Source: Candidatus Latescibacterota bacterium
GTDB taxonomy: Bacteria > Latescibacterota > UBA2968 > UBA8231
NCBI GenBank assembly: GCA_036011085.1
Contig: DASCMS010000052.1
Location: 20,166-84,165, forward strand
Direction: 5' to 3'
Length of the DNA: 64,000 nucleotides
Within the stretch, counting starts at the first letter, position 1, and each line of letters begins with the position of its first letter. Both the position numbers and the translations under genes were made by a program. The notes under the pieces were generated by a model. It was given only the letters and a program-made list of their open reading frames with translations, did no database searches and had not been told where the DNA came from. Positions 1 through 9,755 of the stretch are shown here, one piece after another.

Positions 1-1153
1 GTTCGCGCCAACTCCGGTGCCCCAGGCCGAGCGCGGCAAACATGTCTGCCCCCAGATTGAGGGCGTCGCTGCATTCTCCCTGGCCGGGTCGGACCTCAAT
101 GAGTTTCCCGTCCTTCCAGACCAGGTCCACGCTCTGCTTGTATAAGTTCAGCCGCAGCGCTCCTGAGTAGCCCGACAGAGGGCTCTGCCGCAGTCTTTTC
201 TCGAGAACGGGTCCGATCTTCTTCAGGTAGCCGGGCAGGTCAGGTAATTTAACCTGCCAGGCATAGGGCTTGCCCGCCTCGGCTCCCATGGCCACGGCCA
301 TTCTCCCCGCGCTCGAGTCACTGTGCAGGTTGAGCCTGATGTACGGCTTGTCGCGTTCCTGTGCTTTCTGACCACAGAACCGCAGCAGCTCTTCCATCGC
401 TCCAAAGGAGATGTCGTCGCTGATCTCGCTGACGATCAGGCCGGTGCCGAAGCCGTCCTTCGGAATCCGGCAATAGAACCGCGGGCCAACGCCCTGCTGT
501 TCCATGATCCAGAACTCGGATCCGTACTCCGTGGCGCGGCTCTCAGTGAGCAGATAGCGCCAGTTCGCTTCGTCTCGCACCGTGGCAACGGAGAAGCGGC
601 TGCGATATATCTCATCCTGCTGCAACAGGAAGGGGATGTCAGCCGTGTCGGCAAGTCGGATCGTGAAGGTGTCACGGGCGCCGTCCTCCTTTCCGGAGAT
701 GGTATGCAGAGCGACGTTGATGTGGTTCTCCAGTGGCAGGGCGTAGTGGAAACCGAACTGCTGGTAGAAGCCCGGAATCCCCTGGATCATGGCCAGGTCG
801 AATCCCTCTTCCTGGAGTGTCAGGTCGAACTCGGTGTTCAGCTGGTGCATCAGTCCCCGACCCCGGTGCGCCTCCAGCGTTCCGACAATGCCCTGTTCGG
901 CGACCTGCAACCGGATCCCTTCCAGTTCCAGCGTCCAGGGGATGAGGGCGAAACCGGCGACCATCTGTTCCGACGCCTTGTCGACGGCCACAAACCAGTG
1001 TTGCGGTTTCATCCGGGGCAGGTGATCGAACAGGGTCAGGGCGAGTGTGCCCACGTCTTCCGGGTGGAAGACGGCATCGAACAGCTGTTTCAGCTGCTCG
1101 CCTTCGTCTGCTCCAGCTCTCCTGGTAACGTACCTGTCGTTCAACCCGGTCAT
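1..1153 (-). CDS. GNAT-family N-acetyltransferase (Eis-like, long C-terminal extension); 3' end cut by window edge
   Basis: Absent from the track because the frame runs off the left edge. Manual minus-strand translation from ATG 1153-1151 is open to position 1: MTGLNDRYVTRRAGADEGEQLKQLFDAVF...GIVGTLEAHRGRGLMHQL (acetyl-CoA-binding-like motif)...FYQQFGFHY. The ATG overlaps the upstream gene's TGA (ATGA). Confidence 0.7.
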   Translation of the reverse strand, partial: MTGLNDRYVTRRAGADEGEQLKQLFDAVFHPEDVGTLALTLFDHLPRMKPQHWFVAVDKASEQMVAGFALIPWTLELEGIRLQVAEQGIVGTLEAHRGRGLMHQLNTEFDLTLQEEGFDLAMIQGIPGFYQQFGFHYALPLENHINVALHTISGKEDGARDTFTIRLADTADIPFLLQQDEIYRSRFSVATVRDEANWRYLLTESRATEYGSEFWIMEQQGVGPRFYCRIPKDGFGTGLIVSEISDDISFGAMEELLRFCGQKAQERDKPYIRLNLHSDSSAGRMAVAMGAEAGKPYAWQVKLPDLPGYLKKIGPVLEKRLRQSPLSGYSGALRLNLYKQSVDLVWKDGKLIEVRPGQGECSDALNLGADMFAALGLGHRSWRE

Positions 1154-1947
1154 TCCTCCAAGTGAGAGTCCAGGGCATTGTCAGCGGGGATGAAGCCGTA
1201 GGGGTTTGTCGTGTCGAACATCGGTCTCGGGAACTCGCCGCCGCGGTTGTCAGACACGCCGAAGGCGACCCAGAAGCCGGGCGCGTCGTCACACTCGACA
1301 AACGCTGACAGCAGCCCGGCCAGGTCCCTGTGGCTGTTCCACAGTCTCTTCCCATTGCCCTCAGGCAGTCTGTCATCGCGATCGACGGCGCCCAACCGCA
1401 CAACGAGGATCTTCTGCCTCTCGCTCAGACGCTCAGCATAGTACTGGCCGGCGATCTCCATCCATCGCTTGCTCACGCCGTAGAGACTGGTCGTAGCCAC
1501 CCCGAATACGTCCTCTCTCGTATCAGGAAAGGGTCTGGCGGGCTCGACATTCTCCGCCATCGCTTCGAGGAAGTCGTACGCGTGAACGGAGCTGGCCAGG
1601 TAGATCCTCGGGACGTCTTCGGCGATCGCCGCCTGATAGACACAGTCTACGACCACGATATTGAGCGGATCCAGACCCCCTTTGTGGTGCTCGTCGCGCG
1701 TGTTCCAGCCCAGATGGGCAACAGCATCCTTGCCGCGGAAGGCGGTGGTCAGCTCGTCCATCAGACGATCCCGGAAGGCATCGAGCTGGCCCTTCCAGGT
1801 GGGCTCGTCGCAGTCGCGGATCACATCGTCCATCCTGGCGATGCTCAATCCTGACACATCGTACGTGGCAGATAGCTCCTTCTGCAACGCCTGAGCGACG
1901 ACACCGTTGATTCCGGTAAGCAGGAGACTCTTCTTCACGATTCCCAT
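1150..1947 (-). CDS. NAD-dependent epimerase/dehydratase-family protein, uronate-dehydrogenase-like
   Basis: 265-aa track ORF. N-terminal Rossmann-like LLLTGINGVVAQAL and YGVSKRWMEIAGQYYA (YxxxK). Tail (VVRLGAV...WNSHRDLAGLL...FGVSDN) resembles Udh-type enzymes. Confidence 0.7.
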   Translation of the reverse strand: MGIVKKSLLLTGINGVVAQALQKELSATYDVSGLSIARMDDVIRDCDEPTWKGQLDAFRDRLMDELTTAFRGKDAVAHLGWNTRDEHHKGGLDPLNIVVVDCVYQAAIAEDVPRIYLASSVHAYDFLEAMAENVEPARPFPDTREDVFGVATTSLYGVSKRWMEIAGQYYAERLSERQKILVVRLGAVDRDDRLPEGNGKRLWNSHRDLAGLLSAFVECDDAPGFWVAFGVSDNRGGEFPRPMFDTTNPYGFIPADNALDSHLEE

Positions 1948-1953
1948 CCCTTC

Positions 1954-3168
1954 CTAGACCACCCCTTCCCGTTGCAGTGCCTCGATCTCTGTTTCGGAGT
2001 ATCCCAGCTCAGCAAGGATGTCAGCCCCATCACCGCCAAGGTCTGGCGGCAGCTGGCGGATGGAGCTCGGCGTTGCACTCATGCGGATCGGTGTTCCCTG
2101 GAGTCGCAGCTTGCCGGCGCGAGGATGGTCGACGTCGATGACCATGTCGTTGGCCTGAACCTGCGGATCCTCTGCCGCCTCGGCGAGGGACATGATCCTG
2201 GCGCATAGGATCCCCTTCGGTTCCAGCTGCAGGATCCAGGCCTCTGTGGTCTGTTCGACGAACCTGGCACCGACGATCTCATTCAGCGCCTCGCGGTTGT
2301 CGAGCACATCGGCATTCGTCGAAAACCGCGGATCATCACAAAGATCCCCGAGTTCCATGGCCTGGCTCAAGTCGGACAAGCCCGTCTCCGAGAACGTCGG
2401 CGACAGCTCGATGAAGCCGTCCGCCGTGCGATACGTGCGCCGCAGGGCCTGTTCGGCCGCCCCGATGTTTCCGTGAGAATCGATGCGGTCGTGGTTCAAC
2501 TGGGCCGTGCCTCCCCAAGTACTGCAGTGGAAGGCGCCACTGAGCAGGTCAGTGGTAACCCGCTGCCCCTCGCCCGTGCGATTCCGCGCTACCAGGGCCA
2601 TGAGGATTCCCTGGCCGAGAAGCAGGCCGGCCACATAGTCCACGGAGATGCCCGCCGGTGCAGGAAGACCCTCCTCGTCGACGCCGTCGAACAGACCTGC
2701 AGAAGCGCGGGCCATCATGTCGTGGCCACCCCGTCCACGTTCGACATAGGGACCCTCGTCACCCCAGCCGCTGGAAGAAGCGTAGATGAGCTGCGGATTC
2801 AACGCCCGGGCATGCTCGTATCCCAACCCCAGTCTCTCCATGGCGCCAGGGCGAAAGTTGTGCACGAGGACATCCGCGTCGGCAACCAGCTTCTGCACCA
2901 CCTCGAGACCGCGTTCGTCCTTCATGTTCAGCGCCAGGCTGCGCTTGTTCCGGTTGAGACCGGCAAAGGGCAGGCTCACATCCTTGACGTATGGTCCCCA
3001 GGCGCGGCTCCAGTCGCCTGCGCCCGGTCGCTCCACCTTGATGACGTCGGCACCGAAGTCGGCCAGCAACTGGGTGCACACCGGCCCCTGAAACACGTGA
3101 GTGAAATCGATGATACGTACGCCTGCCAGGGCGCCGGCGCCATTCTGGTTGTCTGCCATGTGTGTCAT
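1954..3168 (-). CDS. Family III CoA-transferase (CaiB/BaiF-like)
   Basis: Track ORF 1954..3744 carries an Arg/Pro-rich false extension that overlaps the crotonase gene. The conserved N-terminus LAGVRIIDFTHVFQGPVCTQLLADFGADVIKVERP follows ATG 3168, which overlaps the upstream stop (ATGA). Confidence 0.85.
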   Translation of the reverse strand: MTHMADNQNGAGALAGVRIIDFTHVFQGPVCTQLLADFGADVIKVERPGAGDWSRAWGPYVKDVSLPFAGLNRNKRSLALNMKDERGLEVVQKLVADADVLVHNFRPGAMERLGLGYEHARALNPQLIYASSSGWGDEGPYVERGRGGHDMMARASAGLFDGVDEEGLPAPAGISVDYVAGLLLGQGILMALVARNRTGEGQRVTTDLLSGAFHCSTWGGTAQLNHDRIDSHGNIGAAEQALRRTYRTADGFIELSPTFSETGLSDLSQAMELGDLCDDPRFSTNADVLDNREALNEIVGARFVEQTTEAWILQLEPKGILCARIMSLAEAAEDPQVQANDMVIDVDHPRAGKLRLQGTPIRMSATPSSIRQLPPDLGGDGADILAELGYSETEIEALQREGVV

Positions 3169-3950
3169 CGTCCTTTCCACACCGGCTTGCGCTTTTCGGC
3201 GAAGGCTTTGGGCCCTTCGGCATAGTCCTCGGACTGCCTCAGGCGCCGAACCGCGGTGAGGTCTTCCATCTGGGTCTGCGCCAACATCGCCGGGGTGTCG
3301 ATGGTGTGCAGAACGACCTGCTTGGCTGCCTGTACTGCCAGGGGGCCGCATTCCAGGATCTCGGCGGCCCAGCGTTCGGCCACAGCCAGAACCGGCTCCG
3401 ACTCGGCGGCGACCTCGTTCACCAGCCCCATGGACTGAGCTTCGTCGGCCGAAAAGAACCGACCGGTAAGGAAGATGCCCATCGCCAGATGGTAGGGCAG
3501 GCGTCGAGGCAGCTGCAGCACGCCACCGGCATCGGCCAGCAACCCACGACGGGCTTCGGGCAGGCCGAACTGCGCCTGCTGCGCCGCGACGATGAGATCG
3601 CAGCGCAGGGCCATCTCGAGCCCGCCACCGATGGCATACCCGTTCACGGCGGCGATGACCGGTTTGTAGCAGCGGTCGAGGACGTGCACCGGTGAATGCA
3701 CCGGGTTGCGAAGGGCCGAATCGTCGGCGCCTTCGACTCGCCACTTCAGGTCGGAACCGGCACAGAACGCACGGTCTCCAGCGCCGGTGAGGATGGCCAC
3801 CCAGGCGTCATCGTCATCGATGAAGTCGGACCAGGCCTGGGTCAACTCGGCATGGAGGGGCGGGTTGATGGCATTCATGACCTCGGGCCGGTCCAGGGTC
3901 ACGTAGGTGATATGCCCCTTCTTCTCATACTGGATGTTCTCGAAGTCCAT
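3165..3950 (-). CDS. Enoyl-CoA hydratase/isomerase (crotonase) family protein
   Basis: 261 aa. ITYVTLDRPEVMNAIN...ILTGAGDRAFCAGSDLK...AAVNGYAIGGGLEMALRCD are typical crotonase oxyanion-hole motifs. Confidence 0.9.
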   Translation of the reverse strand: MDFENIQYEKKGHITYVTLDRPEVMNAINPPLHAELTQAWSDFIDDDDAWVAILTGAGDRAFCAGSDLKWRVEGADDSALRNPVHSPVHVLDRCYKPVIAAVNGYAIGGGLEMALRCDLIVAAQQAQFGLPEARRGLLADAGGVLQLPRRLPYHLAMGIFLTGRFFSADEAQSMGLVNEVAAESEPVLAVAERWAAEILECGPLAVQAAKQVVLHTIDTPAMLAQTQMEDLTAVRRLRQSEDYAEGPKAFAEKRKPVWKGR

Positions 3951-3959
3951 AGATTCTCC

Positions 3960-4571
3960 TTACTGGATGTTCTGCCGCAGGCGCTCGACGGCCAGCGCCC
4001 GGTCACCGGCCTCGATGGCGGCGACGATCCTGCCGTGCTCCTGATAGCTCTCCAGCAGATTCCGGTGTCGCGAATAAGGCAGCATCATGTGGGTGACCAC
4101 CGGCAGCCAGATCGCGATCAGACCTTCGTCGCCGACACGCTGGACGATCGATCGGTGGAAGGCCATGTCGTGCTCGACGACGCTGGCCATGGCCTGCTGC
4201 TGGCAGGCCACGTGGAAGCTCTTGAGATTGGCGCGCCAGAAATCGAGATCATGAGGTTCGATATCGTCGAAGATCGAGTCGAGAGCGAAGGTCTCCACCT
4301 GGCGGCGCAGGTCGACGACGAGGGGCCGGATCGTCTCGCCGGGTGCCTCACGCACGTGCACGCCGCGGTTCTGGCGCGCCACCAGCAGCCCTTCGTTGGT
4401 GAGTTGCAGCAGGGCGTCACGGATGGGTCCACGGCTCACACCGAAACGTTCGGCCAGATGCTGCTCGCGCAGGCGTTCACCACCACTGAGCTGTCCGGTG
4501 AGGACCTCGGCACGCAGGTAGGCGACGATCTGCTCGCGGATGGTCCGATGTACAGGTGGCGTCCTAGGCAT
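3960..4571 (-). CDS. GntR-family transcriptional regulator (FadR/FCD-type C-terminal domain)
   Basis: Start re-picked to MPRTPPVHRTIREQIVAYLRAEVLTGQLSGGERLREQHLAERFGVSRGPIRDALLQLTNEGLL (winged HTH). The helical C-terminal domain looks FCD-like. The track start at 4709 overlaps the upstream gene. Confidence 0.85.
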   Translation of the reverse strand: MPRTPPVHRTIREQIVAYLRAEVLTGQLSGGERLREQHLAERFGVSRGPIRDALLQLTNEGLLVARQNRGVHVREAPGETIRPLVVDLRRQVETFALDSIFDDIEPHDLDFWRANLKSFHVACQQQAMASVVEHDMAFHRSIVQRVGDEGLIAIWLPVVTHMMLPYSRHRNLLESYQEHGRIVAAIEAGDRALAVERLRQNIQ

Positions 4572-6300
4572 CGAGCTTCTCTCTTCGAAGACGCAGCTGT
4601 CCGTCTTCCCAGCGCTGGACGATCGCCTCGCTCCACGCCTCATCTCGCCGCGGATGGTCGGACCGGAAGTGACCGCCCCGGCTCTCGGTCCGCATGCAGG
4701 CGGCGGCACCCATCATGTGGGAGACGGTCAGCATGTTCTCAGCCTCGATGGCGCCCCATAACTCTGCGGGTTGGGCGGTGTCGATCTCGGGCAACACGTG
4801 GTGTCGCAGGCGGGATATCTCGTGCTCATGGTGGATGAGACCTTCCTCGCTGCGAACGACGTACAGTGATCTGGCATTGATCTCCTGCAGCGCCAGCTTG
4901 ACCTTCTTTGCCCGGCGGTGCCCGCGTCTGCTTTGCAGACGCTGTAGACGATCCAGCGGCGCTGACAGGGTCGCCCGGCGCACATCGGGTTGTGTTCCGC
5001 GGGCGCGCTCAGCGGCATGCTGACCGGCGCGTCGACCGAAGACCTGTGCATTCGGCAACATGTTGCCGCCGAGCCGATCGGCTCCGTGGGCCCCGGCGGC
5101 GGTTTCACCCGCCGCGTAGATACCATCGATCGAGCTCTGCCCTGTGGCAGAGATCAGCACGCCGCCGTTGATGGCGTGGGCGGCGTGCGTGACCTTCGCC
5201 GCCTGCACAGGAAACGGCACCGGTCCCGGGGCGCCGGGCCAGTGGTGCTGCGGGCGAGGTCGCTTTCCGTCTCTTGCCCGCGCCCGACTGACCGGGTTGT
5301 CATAGTTCAGGGTCAGCGCCGCACGTGGGCCAATGCCCCGACCGGCCATCGCTTCGCTGCGTATGGCGATATCGAGCCAGCCGGAGGCATCCCGCGAGCT
5401 GAAAGGGTAGTGGAGGGTCCGGCACTCACAGGCTTGCTCCGCGTCGACGCCGGCGGGTAGGTACCGACCGAGAACCTCTTCACCGTGGGCGTTGCGCACC
5501 TGCGGACAGAGCATCCACAACACGGGACCACTGTCGGGCAGGCCCCGTGCCATGAACTGCATGAATTCGAGATTGACGAGCTTGGCGCCGGCTCGCAGAG
5601 CCATGGCATAGCCGTCGCCCGTGGCTTCGCGCGAGGCGGTGGCGGCAGGGAACAGCTGGCCGGCGCCGCCACAGGTGAGGATCACCGATGGGGCCTGCAG
5701 CACGAAAGCGTCGCCATCTGTCTCAAGGGCGAGGGCGCCGACGCAGCCACCGTCCTGGACCAGCAGGTCGGAGACGAGGGTGTGAGGCATCACGGTGACG
5801 CCAAGGGCCTGCAGGCGAGAGGCGGCCGCCGTTACGAGGGCGCCTGCGTGGCCGGCGGACACGTCCCAGATCCCGTGGGCACGTGGAAACGAGCCGAAGC
5901 AGCTGTAACCGGCCCAATGCGGCCGGTCCCTGCCGCAGGGCTCTGGATCGGGGATGAAACCCCAGGAGATGAGCTCCGCCAGACGGTCCGGCGCTTCGTC
6001 GGCCAGGATGCGGGCGAGTCGAGGGTCGGTCATGCCCAGCCCGGCGGTCATGATGTCGTCGAAGTGCCGGTCCGGGCTGTCGCCGTCAGCGTGAGAACAG
6101 CCGTCGGCCGCCTGATAGGCAGAGCCGTGTGGACCGTGGGCAGGGAAGCAGGTCGAGCCCGAACGGCCGACCTCGGTCTTGAGGACCATGGCGGTTCTCG
6201 CGCCGGACTCCGCCGCCGCGACGGCGGCCCGGGTGCCGGCGGCGCCACCGCCGATGACGAGAACGTCGAAATGCCGCGTGCGCAGTGTGTGAACTCCCAT
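4564..6300 (-). CDS. FAD-dependent oxidoreductase, SdhA/FrdA/NadB flavoprotein family
   Basis: 578 aa. FDVLVIGGGAAGTRAAVAAAESG dinucleotide fold and C-terminal ESRGGHFRSDHPRRD motif typical of this family. Confidence 0.85.
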   Translation of the reverse strand: MGVHTLRTRHFDVLVIGGGAAGTRAAVAAAESGARTAMVLKTEVGRSGSTCFPAHGPHGSAYQAADGCSHADGDSPDRHFDDIMTAGLGMTDPRLARILADEAPDRLAELISWGFIPDPEPCGRDRPHWAGYSCFGSFPRAHGIWDVSAGHAGALVTAAASRLQALGVTVMPHTLVSDLLVQDGGCVGALALETDGDAFVLQAPSVILTCGGAGQLFPAATASREATGDGYAMALRAGAKLVNLEFMQFMARGLPDSGPVLWMLCPQVRNAHGEEVLGRYLPAGVDAEQACECRTLHYPFSSRDASGWLDIAIRSEAMAGRGIGPRAALTLNYDNPVSRARARDGKRPRPQHHWPGAPGPVPFPVQAAKVTHAAHAINGGVLISATGQSSIDGIYAAGETAAGAHGADRLGGNMLPNAQVFGRRAGQHAAERARGTQPDVRRATLSAPLDRLQRLQSRRGHRRAKKVKLALQEINARSLYVVRSEEGLIHHEHEISRLRHHVLPEIDTAQPAELWGAIEAENMLTVSHMMGAAACMRTESRGGHFRSDHPRRDEAWSEAIVQRWEDGQLRLRREKLDA

Positions 6301-6324
6301 GGCCGATGAGCAGATGCAAATTGC

Positions 6325-6363
6325 AGATTGTTAACAATCTATCCTGATAGCTGCTCCTCGCAA
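6325..6363 (-). promoter_or_regulatory. Putative promoter (TTGCGA-16-TAGATT on minus strand) overlapped by a perfect 16-bp palindrome AGATTGTTAACAATCT; candidate GntR operator
   Basis: Palindrome at 6325-6340. Adjacent TGCAA-A-TTGCA inverted repeat at 6315-6325. -10-like AATCTA (plus coordinates 6336-6341) and -35-like TCGCAA (6358-6363). Lies 25 nt upstream of the operon's first ATG (6300). A GT-N-AC core fits GntR-type operators. Confidence 0.45.
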
Positions 6364-6395
6364 GAGGCGGGTGCCACTACCGAGTCTCTACTTCC

Positions 6396-7538
6396 TCAGT
6401 CATTCGCCTGGACACAGACGTGGTCGATGAAGCGCTCGTAGAGTTGCACGCCCTTGTGCAGCTGCTCCACCTCAACCCATTCGTCGACGGTGTGGGCCTG
6501 GGCGATGTCGCCGGGTCCGAGGACGACAAGGTTGTCCATCTTCGTGCGGAAGGCGAGACCGTCGGTGCCATAGGGGACGGTGCGGGCCTTCCGGGACCCG
6601 CTCAGCTTCAGCGATGTCCTGACGATGGCTGAGGTCGGATCGGTATAGACCGGATCCCCCGGACGGGTGATCTCGATCTTGACGCGGTGCTTCTTCGCCG
6701 CCACCTGCGTGCGCTCGATGAGACCGTCGATATCGGTACCGGGCATGGGGCGATAGTTGACGGTGCACGTGCTGGTGACCGGATAGATGTTCGTCGCCAC
6801 GTTGTGGTCGTTGATGCCGATGCTCCACTCTGAATGAGGTGGCGTGAACTCGTCATTGCGGTAGCGCTTCGACGAGAGCACGAGCTCGTTGATCTTCTTC
6901 ATCTCGACGAGGAAGGGAATCATATCGAGGTTGGCATTCCTGCCCTTCAAAGTGCTGGTGTGAGCTGCCTTGCCTCGGGTCGTGGCGCGGATCGAAAGAG
7001 ACCCCTTGTGGGCGTAGACGACGCCGAGGCGTGTCGGTTCACAGATCAGTCCGTAGCCGGAGCTGGCGTCCTTGAACAGCTTTGAACGTCGTACGATCTC
7101 CCACGCGCCCCGGGCATGGATCTCCTCGTCGGCGGTGACGACGATGAAGACCGGTTGCTTGAGGTCACTGGCCTTGAAACGGGCGGCGGCACAAAGGCTT
7201 GCCGCCAGGGGACCCTTCATGTCGCAGACGCCACGGCCAAACAGCTTCCCACCCGATGGGCGCACTTTGTACGGGTCCTGGGTCCAGCCTTCTTCCTGCT
7301 TGGCCGGGACGACATCGTCATGGCTCATCATCGTCAATCCGCCCGCGCCCTTACCGAGACGGGCGACGACACAGAGCTTCTTGACGCCGTTCCTGTCATC
7401 GTAGGGCAACTGCTCCACCTGAAACTTCAATTGCCTCAGCACGTCGATGACGCGCCGGGTGACGGGCACGTTGGTGAGCATACTCTCGGATCTGTAGCTT
7501 ACGAGCTCATTCGTCAGCTTGATGACGTCGAGTTTCAT
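6396..7538 (-). CDS. M20-family metallopeptidase / deacylase (ArgE/DapE-like)
   Basis: Start re-picked to MKLDVIKLTNELVSYRSES. SHDDVVPA...GRGVCDMKGPLAA are M20 metal- and catalytic-site motifs. Confidence 0.85.
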   Translation of the reverse strand: MKLDVIKLTNELVSYRSESMLTNVPVTRRVIDVLRQLKFQVEQLPYDDRNGVKKLCVVARLGKGAGGLTMMSHDDVVPAKQEEGWTQDPYKVRPSGGKLFGRGVCDMKGPLAASLCAAARFKASDLKQPVFIVVTADEEIHARGAWEIVRRSKLFKDASSGYGLICEPTRLGVVYAHKGSLSIRATTRGKAAHTSTLKGRNANLDMIPFLVEMKKINELVLSSKRYRNDEFTPPHSEWSIGINDHNVATNIYPVTSTCTVNYRPMPGTDIDGLIERTQVAAKKHRVKIEITRPGDPVYTDPTSAIVRTSLKLSGSRKARTVPYGTDGLAFRTKMDNLVVLGPGDIAQAHTVDEWVEVEQLHKGVQLYERFIDHVCVQAND

Positions 7539-7638
7539 CAGGTCCGTCTGCGGTTGGGTGTTGTCAGGGGATGGCTGAGGGAATCGTCGCAAAGTACCCC
7601 GGCCTGACAGGCGGGGCAAGGGAGCGCACCGCGTCTGC

Positions 7639-8643
7639 ATGAACCAGCCACCTGAAGCCTCCGTCACCGTCTTCGAAGAGCGATTGCTGGCTTTCGCCAC
7701 GGCCTGTTTCGAGAAATCGAGTGTGGGCGCCGAGCACGCCCGGATCCTCGCCCGTCTGCTCGTAAATTCCGACCTGCGTGGCGTCCGCAGTCATGGCACA
7801 CGGCAGGTCGGCGGGTACTGTTCGCACTTCGCGGAGGGGATCCTCAATCCCAATCCCCAGATCAGGATCGTCCGCGAGACCCCGGCCGTGGTGGCGGTCG
7901 ATGGCGACGGTGGCCTGGGCTATGTGCCGATGGTGCAGGCCACGGAAATGGCGATCGCCCGGGCCGGTGACGTTGGGCTGGGCATGGCCACGGTGCGTGG
8001 CATCGGCCACTATGGTTCGGCCGGCCACTATTGTCGCATGTGCATGGAAGCCGGCTGTATCGGTTTCTCGGTGCAGGGATCGGTGGGCCACGGGGACGCC
8101 GCCGGCCACGACATCAGGCCACAGCTGGCTTTCTTCGGCAACCCGCCCATCTGTTTCGCTCTACCCGGACGGGATGGTCCCGGCGTCGTGCTCGATGCGG
8201 CGACCTGCATCCTGGCCGACTATCAGCGGGGACCGGAGTATGAAGCGCTGATCTCCAAGATCCCCGCGGCTTTCTTCAAGAGTGTCGGATACACGGCTGT
8301 GGCGGCCCTGATGGGGGGTGGACTGGCCGGCGTCATGGAGCGGTCGGACCAGGCCAGAGAGCGATGGCCACGAGCCCGGGCCGGTGGCACGATCCTGGCA
8401 ATCCGCATCGATGCCGCCGTGGACGAGGATGCCTTCTACGACGAAGTCGATCGGTTGGTCCGTGATGTGGCCGAATCGTTCGAGCCATTTCCCGGGCTCG
8501 ATCGGGCTCTGCTGCCGGGAGCGATCGAGGCCGAACGCTTCGAACAATACCGACGCGAGGGGATTCCCTTCGGCGAGTACGAGCAGAAAGCAGTGAGGGA
8601 GGCATGTACGCGGCTCGAGGTGCCGCTACCATGGGACGAGTAG
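7639..8643 (+). CDS. Malate/L-lactate dehydrogenase family 2 (Ldh_2) oxidoreductase
   Basis: 334 aa. LLVNSDLRGVRSHGTRQVGGY is typical of the Ldh_2 family. Confidence 0.8.
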   Translation: MNQPPEASVTVFEERLLAFATACFEKSSVGAEHARILARLLVNSDLRGVRSHGTRQVGGYCSHFAEGILNPNPQIRIVRETPAVVAVDGDGGLGYVPMVQATEMAIARAGDVGLGMATVRGIGHYGSAGHYCRMCMEAGCIGFSVQGSVGHGDAAGHDIRPQLAFFGNPPICFALPGRDGPGVVLDAATCILADYQRGPEYEALISKIPAAFFKSVGYTAVAALMGGGLAGVMERSDQARERWPRARAGGTILAIRIDAAVDEDAFYDEVDRLVRDVAESFEPFPGLDRALLPGAIEAERFEQYRREGIPFGEYEQKAVREACTRLEVPLPWDE

Positions 8644-9755
8644 TACGTTTTGGCATCATCGGAGCCGCCGGTCGTGGCAACAGCTACGTGCGGGCTCTGC
8701 GCGCCAACCCGGCGACGGAACTGACGGCGCTGTGCGATCTGCGCACCGAGCAACTTGCAGCAAACGCCACCGAACTGGGAGTCGATCACACCTTCGTCGA
8801 TGCTGGTGAGTTGATCAGGTCCGGTACCGTCGATGCTGTCGTGGTCGGCACACCGATGCAGTTTCACGCGCCACAGGCGATTCTCGCCCTCGAGCACGAT
8901 GTCCACGTCCTCAGCGAGGTGACCGCGGCGGTCTCGATGGAGGAAAGCGTTGATCTCGTGCGTGCCGCCCGTCGCAGCGCCGCGACGTACATGATGGCAG
9001 AGAACTACACCTACACAAAGACGAACGTGCTGGTACGCGAACTGGCGCGGCTCGGTCTGTTCGGTGAGCCCTACTACGGTGAGGGAGCCTACATCCACGA
9101 GTTGAAGCAGCTCAACGAGAAGACGACCTGGCGCCGGCACTGGCAGACGGGTGTGAATGGCTGCACCTATCCGACGCACAGCCTGGGGCCGGTCCTGCAA
9201 TGGTTCGACGCGGGCCGCAGCAGACCTGACCGCGTGGTTGCCGTGTGTGCCGTCGGTACGGGGCACCACTACCGGGACCCTCGCGGTGACCGCTACGAGA
9301 TGGAGGACTCGGTGACGATGATGTGCCGGCTGGCATCGGGGGGCATGGTGCAGATCCGGGTCGACATGCTGTCGGACCGTCCGCACAACATGGTGCACTA
9401 TGCGTTGCAGGGCACCGACGGGGCGTACGAGTCCACCGACGGCCACGAAGCGGCGCCGAAGGTCTGGCTGCGTGAACGCCACGCGACACCCACGTGGGAA
9501 CCGCTGGCGGCGCTGGAAGAGGAATACCTGCCCGAGTTCTGGAAGAATCCGCCGGACGAGGCGCTGCAGGCTGGCCACGGCGGCGGTGACTACTGGGAAG
9601 TGCAGGACTTCGTCCGGGCCATCCTAGAAGAAGATGAGCCGCCCATCGGGATCGACGCTGCCATGGACATGACATTACCCGGCCTGGTGAGCCAGCAGTC
9701 ACTGTCCCAGGGCTCGACCTGGGTGGCCGTGCCCGACCCGCGCAACTGGACTTGA
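8631..9755 (+). CDS. Gfo/Idh/MocA-family oxidoreductase
   Basis: VRFGIIGAAGRGNSYVRAL Rossmann N-terminus. ATG 8631 overlaps the upstream gene end by 13 nt. Confidence 0.85.
   Translation: MGRVVRFGIIGAAGRGNSYVRALRANPATELTALCDLRTEQLAANATELGVDHTFVDAGELIRSGTVDAVVVGTPMQFHAPQAILALEHDVHVLSEVTAAVSMEESVDLVRAARRSAATYMMAENYTYTKTNVLVRELARLGLFGEPYYGEGAYIHELKQLNEKTTWRRHWQTGVNGCTYPTHSLGPVLQWFDAGRSRPDRVVAVCAVGTGHHYRDPRGDRYEMEDSVTMMCRLASGGMVQIRVDMLSDRPHNMVHYALQGTDGAYESTDGHEAAPKVWLRERHATPTWEPLAALEEEYLPEFWKNPPDEALQAGHGGGDYWEVQDFVRAILEEDEPPIGIDAAMDMTLPGLVSQQSLSQGSTWVAVPDPRNWT

Noticed and set aside
323-1403. Track ORFs 323..1165 (+, 280 aa) and 672..1403 (-, 243 aa) as the genes of the first kilobase
   Set aside because: Both have Arg/Pro/Gly-rich, motif-free translations. 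A different minus-strand frame, open from 1153 to the window edge, encodes a coherent GNAT-like protein and is start/stop-coupled to the upstream gene.
1954-3744. N-terminal extensions of several track ORFs (1954..3744, 3960..4709, 6396..7700, 23799..25166, 25070.., 34828.., 43810..44877, 45700.., 50958.., 55526.., 56092.., 60077..63256)
   Set aside because: The extensions are Arg/Pro/Gly-rich, overlap the neighbouring gene, and precede internal starts that match conserved family N-termini, usually with an SD or an ATGA overlap.
8436-9578. 380-aa minus-strand ORF
   Set aside because: It is antisense to a well-supported Gfo/Idh/MocA gene. The Arg/His/Val-rich composition is typical of a GC-rich shadow frame.
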